From Octopus bimaculoides (Eukaryota), in contig NC_068994.1 in assembly GCF_001194135.2 (NCBI RefSeq), forward strand, positions 28,921,759 through 28,957,740: a stretch of DNA of 35,982 nucleotides, given 5' to 3'. Both the position numbers and the translations under genes were made by a program. The notes below the pieces were generated by a model. That model was not told where the DNA came from, ran no database searches, and was given only the letters and a program-made list of their open reading frames with translations. Numbering within the stretch: position 1 is the first letter of the stretch; the number at the start of each line of letters is the position of its first letter. This document shows, piece after piece, positions 33,385 through 35,982 of the stretch.

Positions 33385-35982
33385 GCCTTTGCACAGCTTC
33401 TAATGCTGGTAATGTACTACAGTGTCAGCTGTTCACTACCGGTGAACTAAGGTAACACCTCTTATTTTTTGGGCACCTTCCAGAGTATTCGAGTGGTTCC
33501 AAGCAGTGCTGTTTTCTGCAAGTGCGCCACTCTTATTGCAGCCCCTATTTGTTCCACATACTTCTCAAGATTTTTGCTCACTGTTCCCAGGGCTCCGACA
33601 ATTATTGATACTACTGCTATCTTTTTCATCGACCACAGCTGCTTAACTACCCAAGTTAACCTGTCATATCTCTCGACTTTTTTTTCTTCCTTATCACATA
33701 CCTTGTCGTCAGCTGGGCATGCTATATCTATGATCCAGCATAGTTTGTTTTCTTTCTCAATTAAGACTATGTCCGGCTTCCTATTCTCAATATCATGGTC
33801 ACACTGAATCATAAAATCCCATAGGATCTTTGCATTTCTATTTTTGACAATGCCTTCAGGTTTGTGGTCATACCAATTTTTTGCTCAGTCAAGTCCATAC
33901 TTGTTGCAAAGTGTCCAATGGACAAGCCTGGCTATATTGTTGTGTCATCTCTTATATTCCTTCTGGGTTAGTGGTGTGCATTGGCTGGTAATATGCCATA
34001 CGGTTTCACCATTTTGTCCACAGATTCTGCACTTATCACTTTCTGATGTACTGTCAATTCTGTATTTCATGTAGTTTGTTCTTAGTGTTTGCTCTTGAGC
34101 AGCGCAGATTAGAGCCTCCGTTTCTGGTTTTAAATCACTTTTAGTCATCCACGGCCATCTTTTTTCTCTGTCTGTCTTATCTTCAACATCCCTATGAAAT
34201 TGACCATGTATTCTTTTCTTTACCCACCTATTTTCAGTTTCATTCGTTTTCAATTCTTGTATAGTGCTTTATCTTTGCAATCTTTCATCCTACACAAGCT
34301 TGACCTTTTTACTTCTAGTAATAGCAGTTCTGTCACATTTTTTCCATACCATGCTATGTTGTTTTCTTCTGCTCTAATGCTGTGTTCGCATCCAATAAGT
34401 CCTCTTCCCCCTCTTTTTCTTGGTAAATACAGTCTGTCTGTGTCACTTTTTGGGTGGAGTGACCCATATCTGGTTAGCAACTTCCTTGTCTTTCTGTCTA
34501 AGCTGTTTAGTTTGTCTACTGTCCATGCGATTACCCCTGCTCCATATCTAAGGAGTGAAACCGTATGGGTGTTGATAGCTTCGATCTTATTCCGTCCGTT
34601 TAATTTTGACTTAAGGATCAGTTTCAGTCTGCTCAAGTACTCCACCTTAAATTTTTCTGTCATTTCTTTCTCCATCAATTTATCCATTTCCAAAATTCTC
34701 AAGTACTTATAGCCCGTCTCTTCTATCTGCTTTATAACCTCCCCTGACGGTATCGCTAGTCCGTCCATACATTTGATTTTGCCTCTCTTCAATACTAACA
34801 CACCACACTTTCTCAGTCCGAACTCCATTCTGATATCAGCACTGAAAGTATACACTGTATCAACGAGGGAATTGACTTGGGCTTCATCTTTACCATAAAG
34901 TTTGAGGTCATCCATGAATAACAAGTGGTTGACTTTTTGTTGGCGGCTTTTGAATACATACCCAGCTTTTTCTTTCCTCACAATCGGTATCAGTGGTATC
35001 GAGCACAGTAGAAAGGTCAGTGGGGACAGGCAATCCCCTTGGAAGATGCTCCTCCTAATTTCTACTGTCCCTAAACTTCTTCCATATGCTGTCTGTTCCG
35101 TCCTCCAATTCGCCATACTTTTTCCAAGCAATCGCTCAACATTCGATGCAATCCCAAATAAGTTCATACATTCCATAATCCAAGAATGTGGGATCGCCTT
35201 ACAATAGTCGATCCATGACATGGCTAAGTTACTTTTCCTCCTCTTGCAGTCTCTAAGTACAGTTTTGTCAATCAGGAGTTGATCCTTGGTATCTCTGCAC
35301 TTATGTTTGCAACCCTTCTGCTCATGTGGCAGGACTCTATTTCTTTCTAGATGTTCGTACATTGACTCTGCAAGTATTCCAGACAATAACTTTCACATAA
35401 GTGGCAAACAGGATATTGGCCTGTAATTGTCTACCGTATTGCCTTTTTCGATGTTTTTCATGCACAGCACTGTCCTACACAATGTCAACCATTCTGGTGT
35501 TATTTGGTTGGCATTTAACAGGGTATTGAGTTGCGCAGCTATTCGTGCATGATATTCACCACATCTTTTGATCCAGTAGCCTTGAAATCCATCTGGTCCT
35601 GGGGCCTTCAAGTTGCTCATTCCTTCACTTCCCTAACTGAAATGATTAATTCTGCCTGTTTTGGACAGACTACTGTCTGTTTCAGTTCTTGCAACCATTC
35701 AGCATCCTTCTTGTGCTCCTTGTCTTTGCTCCAGATGTCACTCCAAGACCTTTGACTTTCAATGTTATCTGGTATCAACTTTTCATCTGTACACCCTCCA
35801 TTTATTTCTTTATAGAATCTCTTCTGATCTACTCTGAATAACCTATTCTGGTGGTAACCCTTCATTCTTTGGTCGTATCTTACCATCTTTGCAACGAGGC
35901 GCTCTTTCAGTTGCTCCACTACTACTTTCAGGCCCTTTCTTTCAATATTATACTTCCTTTTCAGTGCCCTGTATTTTTGTTC
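33385..35982 (-). mobile_element. R4/Dong-like non-LTR retrotransposon (RT, CCHC knuckle, restriction-like endonuclease), lightly degraded, runs off the window end
   Basis: ORF pieces 35617..35919, 35393..35620, 34250..35386, 33945..34253 and 33462..33812 give [45 protein letters not shown] and RKPDIVLI...IIDIACP...K (PD-D/ExK). There are 2 frameshifts plus in-frame stops, a short 3' UTR and then (TAA)n. Confidence 0.92.

Overview
AT-rich, repeat-dominated eukaryotic genomic DNA. The repeat repertoire and microsatellite load suggest a coleoid cephalopod (Octopus-like); this is an inference from recalled repeat families, not a search result. There are five N gaps (5142-5243, 18418-19067, 26159-26645, 31457-31466, 33296-33305). 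The only supportable host gene piece is the terminal exon of a C2H2 zinc-finger gene (4218-4916, +): 1.5 fingers, then polyQ tracts and a unique tail. The rest is mobile DNA: a Penelope-like ORF fragment (1-~450, -), the 3' end of a CR1/L2-type LINE, a decayed RTE-type LINE and a second RTE 3' end, a nearly intact DD34E Tc1 element with 44-bp TIRs, a mariner stub, an R4/Dong-like RLE retrotransposon abutting (TAA)n, and several SINE families. The most unusual structures are: about 30 co-oriented head-to-tail copies of one tRNA-derived SINE joined by (ATT)n spacers between 9.0 and 19.7 kb; a degenerate minimal hammerhead-ribozyme motif at about 33.2 kb; near-perfect fold-back hairpins with template-switch geometry; and a 3' tail shared by a LINE and a SINE. 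I cannot show a new biological system from the sequence alone. Repeat boundaries were read by eye and are approximate unless stated otherwise.
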